A DNA stretch of 62,804 nt from Balamuthia mandrillaris. Its lineage: Eukaryota. The stretch lies in contig JAVKOQ020000086.1 in the NCBI GenBank assembly GCA_031835245.2, positions 124,001-186,804 of the forward strand, in the 5' to 3' direction. Positions 36,068-48,178 of this stretch are shown here, piece after piece (within the stretch, counting starts at the first letter, position 1; the number at the start of each line of letters is the position of its first letter). The notes under the pieces were generated by a model. It searched no databases and was not told where the DNA came from. It was given only the letters and a program-made list of their open reading frames with translations. Position numbers and translations under genes: made by a program.

Positions 36068-36272
36068 CGCAGCGCTTCTCTTCTTCTGGACACAAAACAT
36101 GGGGAAGGGAGAAGGCAGAGCAAGCGAAGGGACTACCACACCTTTATCTACAAGGTGCTTGCACAAGCAAGTGCACCCCAACAAGAGCATCAGCAATCAA
36201 GCTATGCTCATCACGGACTCCTTCATTAGGGGCATTGCCTATCCGCTCTTGCAGGAGGCCACCATGCTGTTG
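36068..36272 (+). pseudogene. Frameshifted histone H2B-like fragment
   Basis: RRQSKRRDYHTFIYKVL + 4 extra nt (GCAC, 36161-36164) + KQVHPNKSISNQAMLITDSFIRGIAYPLLQEATML. This aligns with the H2B consensus YIYKVLKQVHP..ISSKAM.IMNSF..I..EA. No in-frame start and no C-terminal helices. Confidence 0.75.
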
Positions 36273-36330
36273 CCTGTTGTTTTTCTTTCGTTCTCGTGCT
36301 TCGTTCCTCTTCTTCATCATCTGTGTTGCA

Positions 36331-37257
36331 CTACCAACCACGAGGCAAAAACTGCTCTAACTCCTTCATGACCCGCTGAATGCCAACCACTAAAGGGGAC
36401 TCCTGGTATGTCCTGCTCCTCCACTGTTGTTGCTGTTGTTGCAGAGCTGCCTTCTTCCTCTTGATCCGGTGCAAGGAGCCATGCTTGTGGGCCTGCCACT
36501 TGAGGAAGAAAGGCATCCAGCGGGCCATCATGCACAGCAGGCAACCCCAAAGGAAACACCTCCTGGCCGCACTCCACTCCTGCCGCTTCCTCAACCTCTG
36601 CCGGTGGTCATAGTAGACCGAGTAGGTGCAGTAGCGCAGGAGGGCTCCCACAAAACACAAGAGGAAGCCCGCACGCAGGCCATAGCGCAGGGCACCCACC
36701 ACAGGGAGGAGGTAGCCCAGGTAGAGGCCCAGCAGGTGGCGTTTGGTGGCAAACTCCACGTCCACCACCGTGCTGCCCTCGTAGTGCACCAACATCACCG
36801 CGTTGCCTTCACTGTTTGTGTTGGCAGGCAAAACAAAAAAAAAGAGAGTGAATACACAAGATTAAGAAAAAGGGTGGGAGAAAGAGTAGCATGCATACAA
36901 GATTTGTTTGTGGAGGTCCCATGCTTGGAGGAGTTCTTTGTGGCGGAGACGAAGGCCCACGTTGCGCAGGTGGAAGAAAAGGGCTTTTTTGGATTGCCAA
37001 CGGTCCGGGCGGAGGGACTGCTGCTCCACGTACTGAGGGGAGAGGTAGCCCTTCCACTCGCCATGGCAGAGCTCCTGCCGGATGCGGCGCTTCCAGTGGA
37101 CCTCGTCGTTGCCGAGGGCGTGGAACCGTTTGTTGGCGAGGGTGAGGTTCAAGGCGTCGTTCTCGTTGAGGAGGACAAACACGTTGAACCATACCTCATC
37201 CGGGAGGTCGTACAGGATCGACGGCTTCTCCTCCTTCCATCTCTTTCCTCGAAACAT
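36331..37257 (-). CDS. F-box protein with two predicted C-terminal TM segments, 2 exons
   Basis: F-box LYDLPDEVWFNVFVLL..LTLANKRFHALGNDEVHW. Intron 36898-36812 joins in frame (QIF|EGNAV). Hydrophobic segments in exon 2. Confidence 0.75.
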
Positions 37258-37749
37258 GGTCTCTTTTTTTTTCTTTTTGTTTATTCAGGACGACATGGGC
37301 ATACTTTTCAAGACGACCTGGAGATACGCTCTCTTGTCTAATAATCGTGTCGACATGAAATTAGGATATCTCATGTCCATTCTCACGTCTTACAAAATGG
37401 CAGGAAAAAAATTCCGAATAAAAATAATATTTTAACGGCTCCAAAACGCACCGCGAAAAAAAAAGAGTCGAAGGGCACAGAGGAGTAGCGGAGAGAGCAA
37501 GCAAGTGCCGAGCCGAACGCTGCCAGTCCAGTTCATCCGCTGTGTTTTTTTTTTTCTAAAAAAACCGCAGTAATTCTTGGAACAAGTGATAGAGAGTTAA
37601 CGAGGTGAGTGCAATCAATCAATCAAAAAAAACAATCTGATCAGCACTGAAAACTGGAATTCTTTCTACGCATCAGATTTTGATAGTGATCTGCAAGAAG
37701 AACCAGAGAGTTCTGACGAGTCAGTGTGGGAACAAGCGCTTCCGAAAGA

Positions 37750-37788
<39 letters not shown>

Positions 37789-37789
37789 G

Positions 37790-39125
37790 ATGGAGTCAGC
37801 ATTGACAGAGGTAGAGGTCACTTCAACTCCCTCCCAAGCCCAAGAACGGGAACAAGCAGCAGAAGCCCAAGCAGACATCGACAAGAAAGAGAAGAGCACA
37901 GAGGAGGAGAACTGCTCGGAGGCTACGTCGAACGCGGCCAATGGCAACGACCACATGGAGGAAGAAGAAGCAGAAGACAGTGCAAATAAGGAGGAAGAGA
38001 AGAAGGTTCGGAACTCTGTTGCTTCTTTTGTTTCGTGTATTTTTACTCTGCTCTTGTTGCTGTTTGTGCTTCTCTCTTGTCTCGTTTTGTCCTTCCTCTT
38101 GTCTCTCCATTGTATTCTCTCTTTGTCTTGTTAGTTGTCACACTCTTTTCTCTACATGTTTGCTTTTTGTCTTTTCTTTTGCTTTCTGTGTTCCTCTTTT
38201 CGTTCTCTGTCCTCAGTCGGTCCCGGTTCTCTCTTCTTAAATAACCTTTATTTCTCTCAGTCTCCAACTCCTTCCGGAACAACAGCAGAGGACGAGGAAA
38301 GGCTACAAAAGCAAAGGGAGTTGCAGGAAAAGCTCAAAAAATTGCAAGACATAGAGTCTAAGCTGAGCGCTATTTCCAAAGTATCCCAAACGGCAACTGT
38401 TTCCTCTCCTTCATCTTCCACACGACCCGCCAAAGACTCAAAGAAGAGAGTGCGCCTTCCCTTCCCTGCTTTATACGCTTTCTTCTTGCTTCTCTCTTCG
38501 TTTTAGTAATAGTGCAATTGCAGAAAACACCTCCCGATGAGTCCGACCGAAAAACATCCGACGAAAAGGTGAACAAAAGATCGCAGCGGCCACGGCGCAG
38601 TGCTCAAAGACACAAAGACGACTTGGGGTTTGAGACCGCTGTTACATCGACTGCCAACGCAGATGCTCGTCTCTCCTTTGCCTTGAAGCAATGCCAACCC
38701 ATTCTAAAATCCCTCATGAATCACAAGCACAGTTGGCCTTTTCTTCAACCGGTTGATCCCGTCGTGTTGCAGATTCCCGATTATTTTGATATCATCAAAC
38801 ATCCAATGGACTTGGGCACCATTAAGGTATTCCGTTGGTGCCTCCCTCTTGTTCTAGGCGAACTTTTCTTTTTACCCTCTTTTCTCTGTTCTGATCCTCG
38901 TTTTTTTCTAAATAGCGACGCATGGAGGAGAATTACTACAAAAGCGAGGATGATTTCGCGGCGGACGTACGTTTGGTGTGGAGCAACGCCTTAACCTACA
39001 ATCCTCCGGGACATGATATCGCTCTCATGGCGAAGACCCTCTCTGACATTTTCGAGAGTAGATACGCCAAAGCCAAGATCAAAATAGCTGATAGTACTGT
39101 GTTCTTGCTTTCGCTCTCCCTTTTG

Positions 39126-39171
<46 letters not shown>

Positions 39172-40024
39172 TCTTTCATCTCAGGCGGTTCTCTTTCTCA
39201 CCGATAGTTGTGCAACAGAGGAGAGAGCGTTAGCAGCAAGCAGCGCTCGCCGCCAATCTCTGAATGGCAGCAGAGGTAAAGCTGCTCATCCTCCAACCAC
39301 ATCCACGGTAACAACTACATCGACAGCAGCCACAACGACTATCAACACTCGGCCGATGACTTACGAGGAGAAGAAGAATCTCAGTCTCAACATCAACAAG
39401 CTGCAAAGCGATGCGCTGGGCATGGTCGTGAAGATTATCCACGATAGCATGCCAGCTCTCGCTGAGCCGGGAGAGGAGATAGAGATCGAGTTGGACGCCC
39501 TTAACGCCACCACCCTTCGAAGGTTGGAACAGTATGTTAACTCCGCTTTGGGATTGCCCTCTCCTTCTCCTGCTCCTTCTGCGACAAGTAAGAGAAAGTC
39601 ATCGTCTGTCAGAAGCAGTAGAAAGAGCAGCAGCAAGAGTGGTAGGAGCAGTTCAAGCGGTAAGAGCAAGAGCAGCGGCAAAAGTAAAACAGCAACAACA
39701 AAGAAAGAAGCAAAGGGCAAAGGCGGGGAAGGAGAAGGAGACAAGGGCACAACTCAACAAAAGATAGAAGATGTGGAAAAACAGATTCAACTGTTGAAAG
39801 AGAAGATGGAAAACGCAGCAGCTGCTGCAACAACAACGATGACGACAGAACCAACGAAGAAGGACGGGAAGAAACCAAAGAGAGACGCAAAGAGAACGCA
39901 GCAGAAGAATAAGGCCAGCTCCAGCGGCTCCGACAACAGCAGTGCATCCAGCAGCGACTCGGATAGCTCCACCGACAGCAACCGCAGCTCTGAGGAGGAT
40001 GACTCGGAGGAAGAGGAAATGTAA
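37790..40024 (+). CDS. BET/GTE-family single bromodomain + ET domain protein, multi-exon
   Basis: Bromodomain [36 protein letters not shown] domain [34 protein letters not shown]. Ser/Asp-rich tail. Confidence 0.92.
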
Positions 40025-40205
40025 GCGGGAGTACCATAGTTCCTCTCTCCCCTCCTCTTCTCTCTGCTTAACCGAGACGGAAGGCAAGCCCAGGGAGTAG
40101 GTCAGCCTTGTGTCGTTCGTGCTTGTTTGCATTGGCTTTAAAGCAGTTGGGGCCTACAATGACTTGTCTACCAAGTTATTTTCAAAAAAAAAAAGTGCAC
40201 ATTGC

Positions 40206-41561
40206 TTAATCCGATCCTTCTTCTGCGTCTTTCTTCTTGTTCTTCTTCTTGTGCTTTTTCTTGTGCTTATTCCTCTTCTTCTTCTGCTTCTTCTTCTCCT
40301 GTTGATCTTCCTGTTCCTCATCGGTGGTGGAAGCTTCCTCTTGTTGTAGTTTCGACTCTGCTTCCTCCTTCCTCTTTTGGATGACAGAAGGGGAGAGGCT
40401 CATGAACCTGCCCTCGCCCGGCGTTGGCTGTGCCGCCATCGTCTTCTGGAGCCATTCCAGGTGGTCAAACTCCAAGTTGCCTCCCAACTCTTTGAGAAGG
40501 TTGTCCTCATCGACATACTCCTTTAGCTCTTCCAGTGTAACCACTCGCACCTTGAGGGAAAAAGGCGTTACTTCACAAAAAGAGAGAAAGAGAGAAGGAG
40601 AGAAAGAGAGAAAGAGAGATAGAGAAAGAGAGAAAGAGAGTAATACCCTATTGATAAGCTTCTCTTTGACTATACCAGAAGCTTTAACCAGACGGATCAA
40701 CCAACGGACATACCACGGGGCGTTCACCAGCAGCACGCCGGGGAAGCGGCCGGGGACATGGTCCTGGAGCTCTCGAGTCAGGTGCTTCATCTCAGCGTTA
40801 CCACCACCTCCTGCCATGTGCACCAGGTCGTTGAAGGAGGCGTTAGTGAAATCTTGGATGAGGAGACAGCCTTCTCTCATGTAGTCGATCCTGTTTGAGC
40901 GGAGAGGAGTTTTGAGAAAGGAGAAAGGAGAAAAGAGAAAGGAAGGAAGAAATAAGAAGAAAGAAGACAGAGGAGACAGAATAGGAAGAAAGAAGTGCAA
41001 AGTAAAAGAACGCACGAATGGTCAAAGATGATATCGCCCATGTAGTAAGTGAACCAAAGGTACTTCTTACAGTCCTGTAGGAAGCTCAACTCAAACTTGG
41101 CCGGAAAGATAAAGTTGACGCCCCGGCCTTGCCTATCCCTGGTACCAGGTACCCACTGCACAAAGCCGGTCTGCAGCATGTCGGCCACCTCCTCCACGTT
41201 GAACTGGTCGATAAAGTACTTCTCCCTCCACTCTCGGTGGTTCCTCAGCAGGGTTAACGCTCGGTCCGTGTCGAGCTTTCTGGCAAACAAGAAGCGAGCC
41301 AAGAAAGCGTCTTTTATGTTTGGCGGTGAGAACAAGGTAGAGAAGACAGAGAGGAAGCATAGAAGAAGAAGAAGAAGAAGAAGAAGAAGAAGAAGAAGAA
41401 GAAGAAGAAGAACAGGTCGAACCGCGAAAGCCTTCACAGAGTTCAGGGCCCTTGGCTTTCATCTCGTCCAGCGCCTCCGCCTCCTTGGGCGTCAACAACG
41501 AGCGGAACTGCTCGTCCGAGACCTCCTCATGGTGCACCTTTTCGTTGGGCACCGCCTGCAT
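40206..41561 (-). CDS. CRAL-TRIO (Sec14-like) lipid-binding protein, 4 exons
   Basis: DAFLARFLFARKLD, HREWR, RDRQGRGV, LQDHVPGRFPGVLLVNAPW, LLKELGG. Confidence 0.9.
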
Positions 41562-41976
41562 TCTCTCTTTATAGAAAAGATTAAAAAATCAAGCAATAAG
41601 AAGAGCACTCACTCGTACCCTAAAAGTTTCGTTGGAACACCAAATGGATTGTGAAAAAAAAATATAAGAAAAAAAAAAGATGTGTTCTTTCTTTCTCGTT
41701 TATATTTGTTGCGGAGAGAAAAGTTTTCCGCAAATTAGGAAAAATCCAGCGGGATGCTGTGCAGTGGCTGTGCTGTAAAGAAGCTCATTTGCTGCAGCCG
41801 AAATGTCGACTGCAAATTCGACACGTCGATAACAATGGTAACGCCTACTTTTCTTCATCTTTTTCTTGGGGACTCCGCACAAATGTAAATCAGCTGCGAT
41901 TGTTCCTGGCCCACCGTTCAGGTATTCCCTCCGTTTCGCTACGGCCATTCATCATGCGTCACCACGCTTGTCCTTC

Positions 41977-42022
41977 AAAGAACCACGAAGCGGCATTGGC
42001 TAATGCCGCTTCGTGGTTCTTT
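41977..42022. repeat. Perfect 21-bp hairpin with 4-nt loop
   Basis: AAAGAACCACGAAGCGGCATT-GGCT-AATGCCGCTTCGTGGTTCTTT. Confidence 0.93.
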
Positions 42023-43095
42023 TCCATTTGGTTCTGAATATTTCATATCCTGATGCATTTTGGAAAGGGTTGCAAGAACTGCCAGCAATAGAGAGAGATA
42101 GAAAGAAAGAGAAAGCCTGCGAGAGAGAGGACAAAGAAACACATATGCCTTAGAGAACGTAGAACAAATTATGCTTATATTGCTTGAAAAACTAACTACA
42201 TGAGATAACAAATAAAAAAATATCAACATATCAAATAAAGAACAATGCAAGGAAGAATGGATTACTTCGTAGAGGCTTTCACAGCAGTCGTGTGAATCAT
42301 AGGAGGAGGAGGTGACGAGCTAGGGCGGGGATCAAAGTCATCAAACCCTGCATTGTTGGCTATTTCGCGAATAGGCGGAAGTATCACATCGTCTTGTTCC
42401 TCTTCTGGTTCTCCCTCCTCTTCTTCTTGGTCCGAATAATTGCCGAAGTAATCATGTTCCTCTTCTCGATATCGTGGATAGTAACCGCTTTCATCTTCTT
42501 CCTCTTCCTCCTCCTGTTCTTCCCGGCTTCTGCTCCGTGAGGTTGGTTGGTATTCCTCTTGCTGCTCTTCTTGTTCTTCCACTTTCGCTTCAGCCACATC
42601 CTCCTCTTCCCCATCAGAGTCCTCTGAAGAGCGCCGTGCCCTATCCAAGAACTCTTTGTAACGCTGTTGGAAATGTTGATGGCTTACACGCTCTTCGTCG
42701 CTTTCATCTTCGTCATCGCTGGAATAGATTTTTCGAGGCTCGCCTGCTTGTTCTTGTGCGTCTTCTTGTGGTGGCAGCTCTTCTCCTTCTGAGCTAGAAG
42801 AGTCCTCTTCATCCGATGATCCATAAACAGTCAACGCGTTACGAGGCTCATCAATACTCGAGGGAAAGGCCTTTCTTCCACCTTTGAACATCTGTTCTTC
42901 TTCTTCTTCCTCCTCCTCTGCTCCTCGTTGAAACTTCCTTCCTCTGCCCGTCAAAGAGTCGTCGTCTTGTTCTCTGCAAAGCCTTCGAGAGTAAGGTCGA
43001 CCTCCATCCTCCGAGCTGCAATCATGGATGGCCCTTTCCAATGGAGGAGCTCCCGATTCGGGCCGGCTGTACTCTTCCAGCTTGCGTTTGTGCAT
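42000..43095 (-). CDS. Hypothetical acidic low-complexity protein; probable short last exon
   Basis: 277-aa ORF 42262-43095 with no recognisable domain. Candidate intron 42265-42079 gives a last exon ending at TAG 42002-42000. Confidence 0.5.
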
Positions 43096-43642
43096 GCTTA
43101 AGAACGGTTCTCAGGTGAGTTCCTATGGAGAGCTGAGAAGAAAGTAAGGTTTGGTTGGTAGGTTACCCCAACGGAGAGGAGAGGAACGAAAGAAAAAGAA
43201 GAACGGCAATAAGAGGAGGAAAAACGGGGTAAGGTGAGGCCACCTTAAATGGAATTCCTCAAAGCATCAAACATGTCACAGCAAAATCCACCTTAAAAAT
43301 CGAGAATCGGAGGAAAACTCGCAAGAAAGATATTTTAGGTGTCGACACGATTTCTTTCGTGAATCCTGAACGGATGCTGCAGCCTTTGACCTCTCGTAGA
43401 GTGTGCTTTCTTGTTATTGCGTTATGCTATTTTTCGCCGACTTCAAGTTGCGTCAGTTCAACGTGCGGCTGTTCGCGCAAATGTCGTTCTGTTTGGGTAA
43501 TGCTTCGACAGCACCCCTCCTTTAACAAGAGAAGAGGGTCTTGCCCGGCCCCTCTCGGGCACTTCCCTCCGGGGAGAAACGGATATCTTGGAGCGTAACT
43601 CCTGATCGGTGGAAACAGTAAAAGCAAAGAGAAGCAGAAAGG

Positions 43643-44892
43643 ATGGATAGCGTGGTGTCCCTTTTGCAACGGTGGTTTGCTGACAAGTCGGAGATTTGCC
43701 AAGGTTGGTTTTTTGCCGGCTCCGCTAAGCATTGCTTTTCCCCAACCTTCAGCAGCTTACTCGCAAACAAACAGAAGAAGGACAAAAACGCCCTTGGGGG
43801 TTTGGAGCGCATACCTCAGCGTATGACTATTATGAGAAGGACTACCGGGAGGTCGTTGCTGAACAGGAAAGAGAACGGTGGAACAGCGAAATACTGCGCA
43901 CCCGTATGAGAAGAATATGCTTATCTTTCCTTGCGTCATTTTGCTCAAGCTGCCTCGTTCATGTTGTTGTCGGAAAGGTGCTTACCCGCATGTACCGGAC
44001 ACAGCAAGCCAGCCGAGGGATGACCTTGCTTCCTCCACTCTCGTTGGAAGACTCATACTTCTTGGGCGAAAAGTATGCCTTGTTGTTTTTGTTGCACATG
44101 TTCTTGGTTTTCTTGTACCGCCGCTAGTAGAAAACTTAAACCATAACAACTATCCTTTAGGGCTGCAGCAATGGCGCACGGCACGTTGATGGGTGGACTT
44201 GGTGGCTTCTACATGATACTCCACAAAAGACGTTTCTCAAAGGAAACGGTGTTCACGTATCCCAAAGAATGCGACTGGTTGTGGGCGGCTTCACTGGGTT
44301 TCCAGGTTCTGTCACTCTGCACTCTGTCCTTCGACTACTGGTGCTTCCCTAACCTCTCTTCCATTGAAAGGTCTATGATATGATGGTAATGACGCTACAA
44401 CGGAACAAGCGAGCCACGATATGGTTTCATCACACGTTAGTTATCGTCGGCTGTCTTTTTTCTTTTGTGCGTATCAAAGCTTGCCATCTCTCCCTATTTC
44501 TTCTGCTGCTTAACGTTCATTAGTTTTATCGCATAGGAACCTTTTATCCTGCAATCTTCACGTTTACAGAGCTCACTCTGGTCACCACGAACCTCTCCTG
44601 GTACCTCGATGTGTTCAAGCTGCGAGGCACCCCAGCCTACACCGCGGCCCTCGTGCTTCGCGTGCTCGCCTTTTATCTCTTTCGGAGCTTCATCGGTCCG
44701 ATCGCCGTCTGGTATGGCGCCTATCGAGGGCAGCTCCATCAACTGTTCAGGATGCCAAGGATGGCCACCCTGTTGGTCCTCTTCAACGTGCTCTCCCTCA
44801 GCTGCTTGAACGGGTATTGGACTGTGGCGCTGACGAGGATGTCGCTTCGCTACTTGCTTCCCCCACCAGTGGGTCAAAAAAAATCGCACTAA
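43643..44892 (+). CDS. TLC (TRAM/LAG1/CLN8) domain membrane protein, multi-exon
   Basis: Multiple TM segments with MVxHH, ELTLVTTNLSWYL, FYLFR and LNGYW motifs typical of TLC domains. 5' exons are uncertain. Confidence 0.7.
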
Positions 44893-45028
44893 AGGCGGCA
44901 ATAATTCGTAAAAATGCAATCAAATTGACTTATTATGGAAATTATTTTCGAATAAATTGCAATAAATCATTCGATAAATGAAAAAAAAAGGCTTGGACTT
45001 TCTGGAGGAATAGTGGGGCAGGAGGAGC

Positions 45029-46129
45029 ATGAAGCTCATGTTGAAGACGTTGGGGCGGGCGTCCCTGGTCTTCTTGTTGCTCGTTACGTTTCTTTGGCTG
45101 ACGGCAAGCAAAGACGAGGGCTTGTACGACAGCGCAGCTGAAGAAGCTGGCGGGCGCGTGATCCTGGTGGACGATCGTGACAGGGAGTTTACCCCAACGG
45201 AACCCCTCTCTTCTCTTCTTTCATCACCTCCTTCTGCTGCTTCTTCTTCTTCTCTCGTTGAACCTCCTCCATTCAACGTTTGGGTGTTTGTTGTTATTCC
45301 CGCTGACCGAGGGGCTATGTTGAACTACTACTTCCACCACTACCTCTCTCTCGGCATGCCACCGGAGAACTTCTACATCATCATCCACGTGAAGGATGAT
45401 ACCAAGCAACGCCAAGGGCTGCTGGAGACGAAAAGGGTGCTCAAGGGCTTGCGGGTTCCTTTCTCTGTGTGGAATGGGGAGTTCACCACGCGAGAGAAGG
45501 CCCGTGTGCTTCGCGTGGCCAAGCAAGAAAGGGGCCTGAAGCCAAGGGACTGGGTGCTACAAACGGACTCGGACGAGCTGCAACAATGGAAGGTCCTCAT
45601 GCAGCAGCCAGAGCTGCGCGGTGTGGGTGAAGGAGGAGAGCCCCTGCGTCGCTTTGACACCATACAGGAGGTGCTCTACGAGGTGGACCGGCGGAACTAC
45701 ACCCACATCATGGGCTGGATGATGGACAGGCTTACGTTGGATGGCTCCCTGCGCGACCCTCTCCCCTTCCGCCCGGAGGGTCCCTCTCTGGAGGAGCAAT
45801 ATCCTCTGGGGTGCATGGTCACCAAGCGCATCGCCCACGGGCTGGACGCCAAAGTGGTGGCCCACAAGGTAGCCTACCCTTTGAAAGGAGGCGGAGCCCA
45901 CATGATGGCTCCCAACCCGCAGCTGAGGCCCTGGGAGAGGAAGATGCCAGTGCACCACTTCAAGTTTGTGCCCGAGATGAGGCCCATGCTGGAGGATCGG
46001 GTGGCAGTCTTTAAGAAGAACAACATCTCGTGGTATGATGAGTCGGAAAAGATCCTGGCGCACTTGAACCAGCACAATGGCAAGTTTTGTGTCAACTGTC
46101 CTGAGCTAAACTGCCAACGAAAGAACTGA
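45029..46129 (+). CDS. Type II membrane GT-A-fold glycosyltransferase-like protein (GT2-related)
   Basis: Intronless. N-terminal TM anchor, Ser-rich stem, YFHHYLSLG, DWVLQTDSDE (DxD motif), VHHFKF. Confidence 0.72.
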   Translation: MKLMLKTLGRASLVFLLLVTFLWLTASKDEGLYDSAAEEAGGRVILVDDRDREFTPTEPLSSLLSSPPSAASSSSLVEPPPFNVWVFVVIPADRGAMLNYYFHHYLSLGMPPENFYIIIHVKDDTKQRQGLLETKRVLKGLRVPFSVWNGEFTTREKARVLRVAKQERGLKPRDWVLQTDSDELQQWKVLMQQPELRGVGEGGEPLRRFDTIQEVLYEVDRRNYTHIMGWMMDRLTLDGSLRDPLPFRPEGPSLEEQYPLGCMVTKRIAHGLDAKVVAHKVAYPLKGGGAHMMAPNPQLRPWERKMPVHHFKFVPEMRPMLEDRVAVFKKNNISWYDESEKILAHLNQHNGKFCVNCPELNCQRKN

Positions 46130-46722
46130 GCTTTGTTTGTGAGAAAGAGCGAAAAACAACAAAAACTATTTATTCCTGTTCACTCGTTGTTCTGCCTTCT
46201 CTGCTTGCTTTCTCTATTTCTTCTTCTGCTAAAGGACTCTCTCGGTTTGCTAGCATTCATTCAGCCGTGCCTCTCCTGCTTCTCTCCGCCAATATCTCTG
46301 GATCTCGTCAGCCACCACCTCTCTCCTTCTCTCTTGTTCTCTCTCACCTCCCTCTTCTCTCCTCTTTCTTCTCCCTTCTCCCTTCTGTCTTCTCTCTTCT
46401 GTCTTCTCTCTTCTCTCTTCTCTCTTCTCTCTTCTCTCTTCTCTCTTTTCTCTCGAAGGGGAAAAAAAGGCGGGAGATGTATGGGTTCGTGTCGTCACGA
46501 ATATGTCGACATAAAATAAAGGAAAAAACGGAACCAAAAGAAAAAAGTGAGTAGCGGCGGACGAGACGCATGAATGCATCGTGGTCGGATGTTCTGTTGT
46601 TTTTGTTGAACCAATGCTAGCAGACCAAAAGGAAAAACCTTACGAACATATCATATCAACAAAACATCCGATCAAACAAAAAAAAATTAAATTAAATTGG
46701 AAAAGGAAGAAAAAAAAAGCAA

Positions 46723-48138
46723 ATGTCGAGATCAGCAACGGGCAACAACGGGCGCAGCTCCTCCCACGGTGGAGGCTCGCGGCAGAGACGTACGGCGCCT
46801 GCCAACAAACACAAGGCTGCTATTTGCAAATGGTTTCGAGAACTGACCCCTGAGCAGAGAGGGAACGTGTTGGTTTGGGAGGACAAGGACGGAACAACCT
46901 TGCTCAAACAAATGTACAAAAAGAAGTGGGCAGAAGGCGATGGCTTCTTCCTTGATGGTACGTTCTACCACATTGTTCATTGTTACCCGCTCTACGCTAT
47001 TCCCTCTCATCACTCCATTCTTCTCCTTTGTTTGTACCCGCGTCGTCTCTTCTCAGTTCTGGCTTCTTGTTTACAATTGTTCTCGTTCTCGTTCTCGTTC
47101 TCGTTATTCTTGTTCTTGTTTCTTGTTCTTCTTCTTTTCTTTTTTTTTCTTCTTCTACTTCTTCTTCGTTTCCTTTTTCTTGTTCTTCTCCTTCGTACTC
47201 ATCAGCCCTTCCCTCATTCACTTCTGACCCAAAATATATACCAGTGGATGATCCACAAGACCGAGTGCAAAGGTTGATGGCACGTGAGCGCGGCGCTAAG
47301 AGAGGCGCATCCCATGCTGGAGGACTTGCCACGGAGGAAGGCTTGCTGCTTCCTGTGGAGAACTTTTGCTTCAACAAACTGTCTCTGTTGGACAATTACT
47401 TTTGTTATCCAGAAGCTGTAATGGAGATGGATGCTCTCTTGGAGGAGAGCGTACGACTGTGTGATACGTGGGAATATTGTGATACTCTCACAGTAGCAAG
47501 CTACATACTCGAGGATGCTGACAAGTACGTTGTTCACTCTTTCTGCTTGTTCCGTTTGTTATAACTGCCGTAGAGTGGCCACCAGGCAAGCTTTTCTTCA
47601 CTTCATTCTGATAACAGTTTATTGTCTTTTCAAACAGATTTTTGGAAATGATGGAAGTGGCAACGCGAGGCGGTTTCCTCATGAAACCTTGCTGTGTATC
47701 TTGGGAGGAAAAGGAGAAGTGCTGGGTATGGGAGAGGCCTTCTTGGTTTGAAAATATGGGCTTCTACAGCCTTGGCACATACATTGCTGCCAAGCTGGAA
47801 CAAGCCCTTTGGCGGAGATATTGGCAATGGAGTAATCTTGATCCACGTTTGTATTTTCCTCCTCTCTCTCGGCTGTATCTCTCTTCCTTACAATGTATTG
47901 CTGTGCGAATCAGGTAAAATATCTGGGGCTGAGATTAACCGTGCAATTCCAAAGGGAGTTCGTGAACGATTATTTAAGTTCCCACCCAATACACAAGGAT
48001 TGCATTCTAAGGCACATCTTGTCAATTTTTGGAATAGTCTCAATGTTGATGGTAAAGTCCATTTCCTATTTCTTTTTTTTTCTTAAAACGATTATCTCAC
48101 TTTATACTCTATTTCTTCTCTTTTTCCTTTTCGCTCTC

Positions 48139-48178
<40 letters not shown>

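Noticed and set aside
35980..36360. Left end or TIR of the Fanzor element
   Set aside because: No inverted copy of the right-end sequence and no target-site duplication could be found by eye. The boundary is left undefined, so no mobile_element feature is called.
40733..40741. GCACGCCGG match to the start of one candidate Fanzor guide, inside the CRAL-TRIO gene
   Set aside because: Only 9 nt and not preceded by the inferred TAG-type TAM, so expected by chance.
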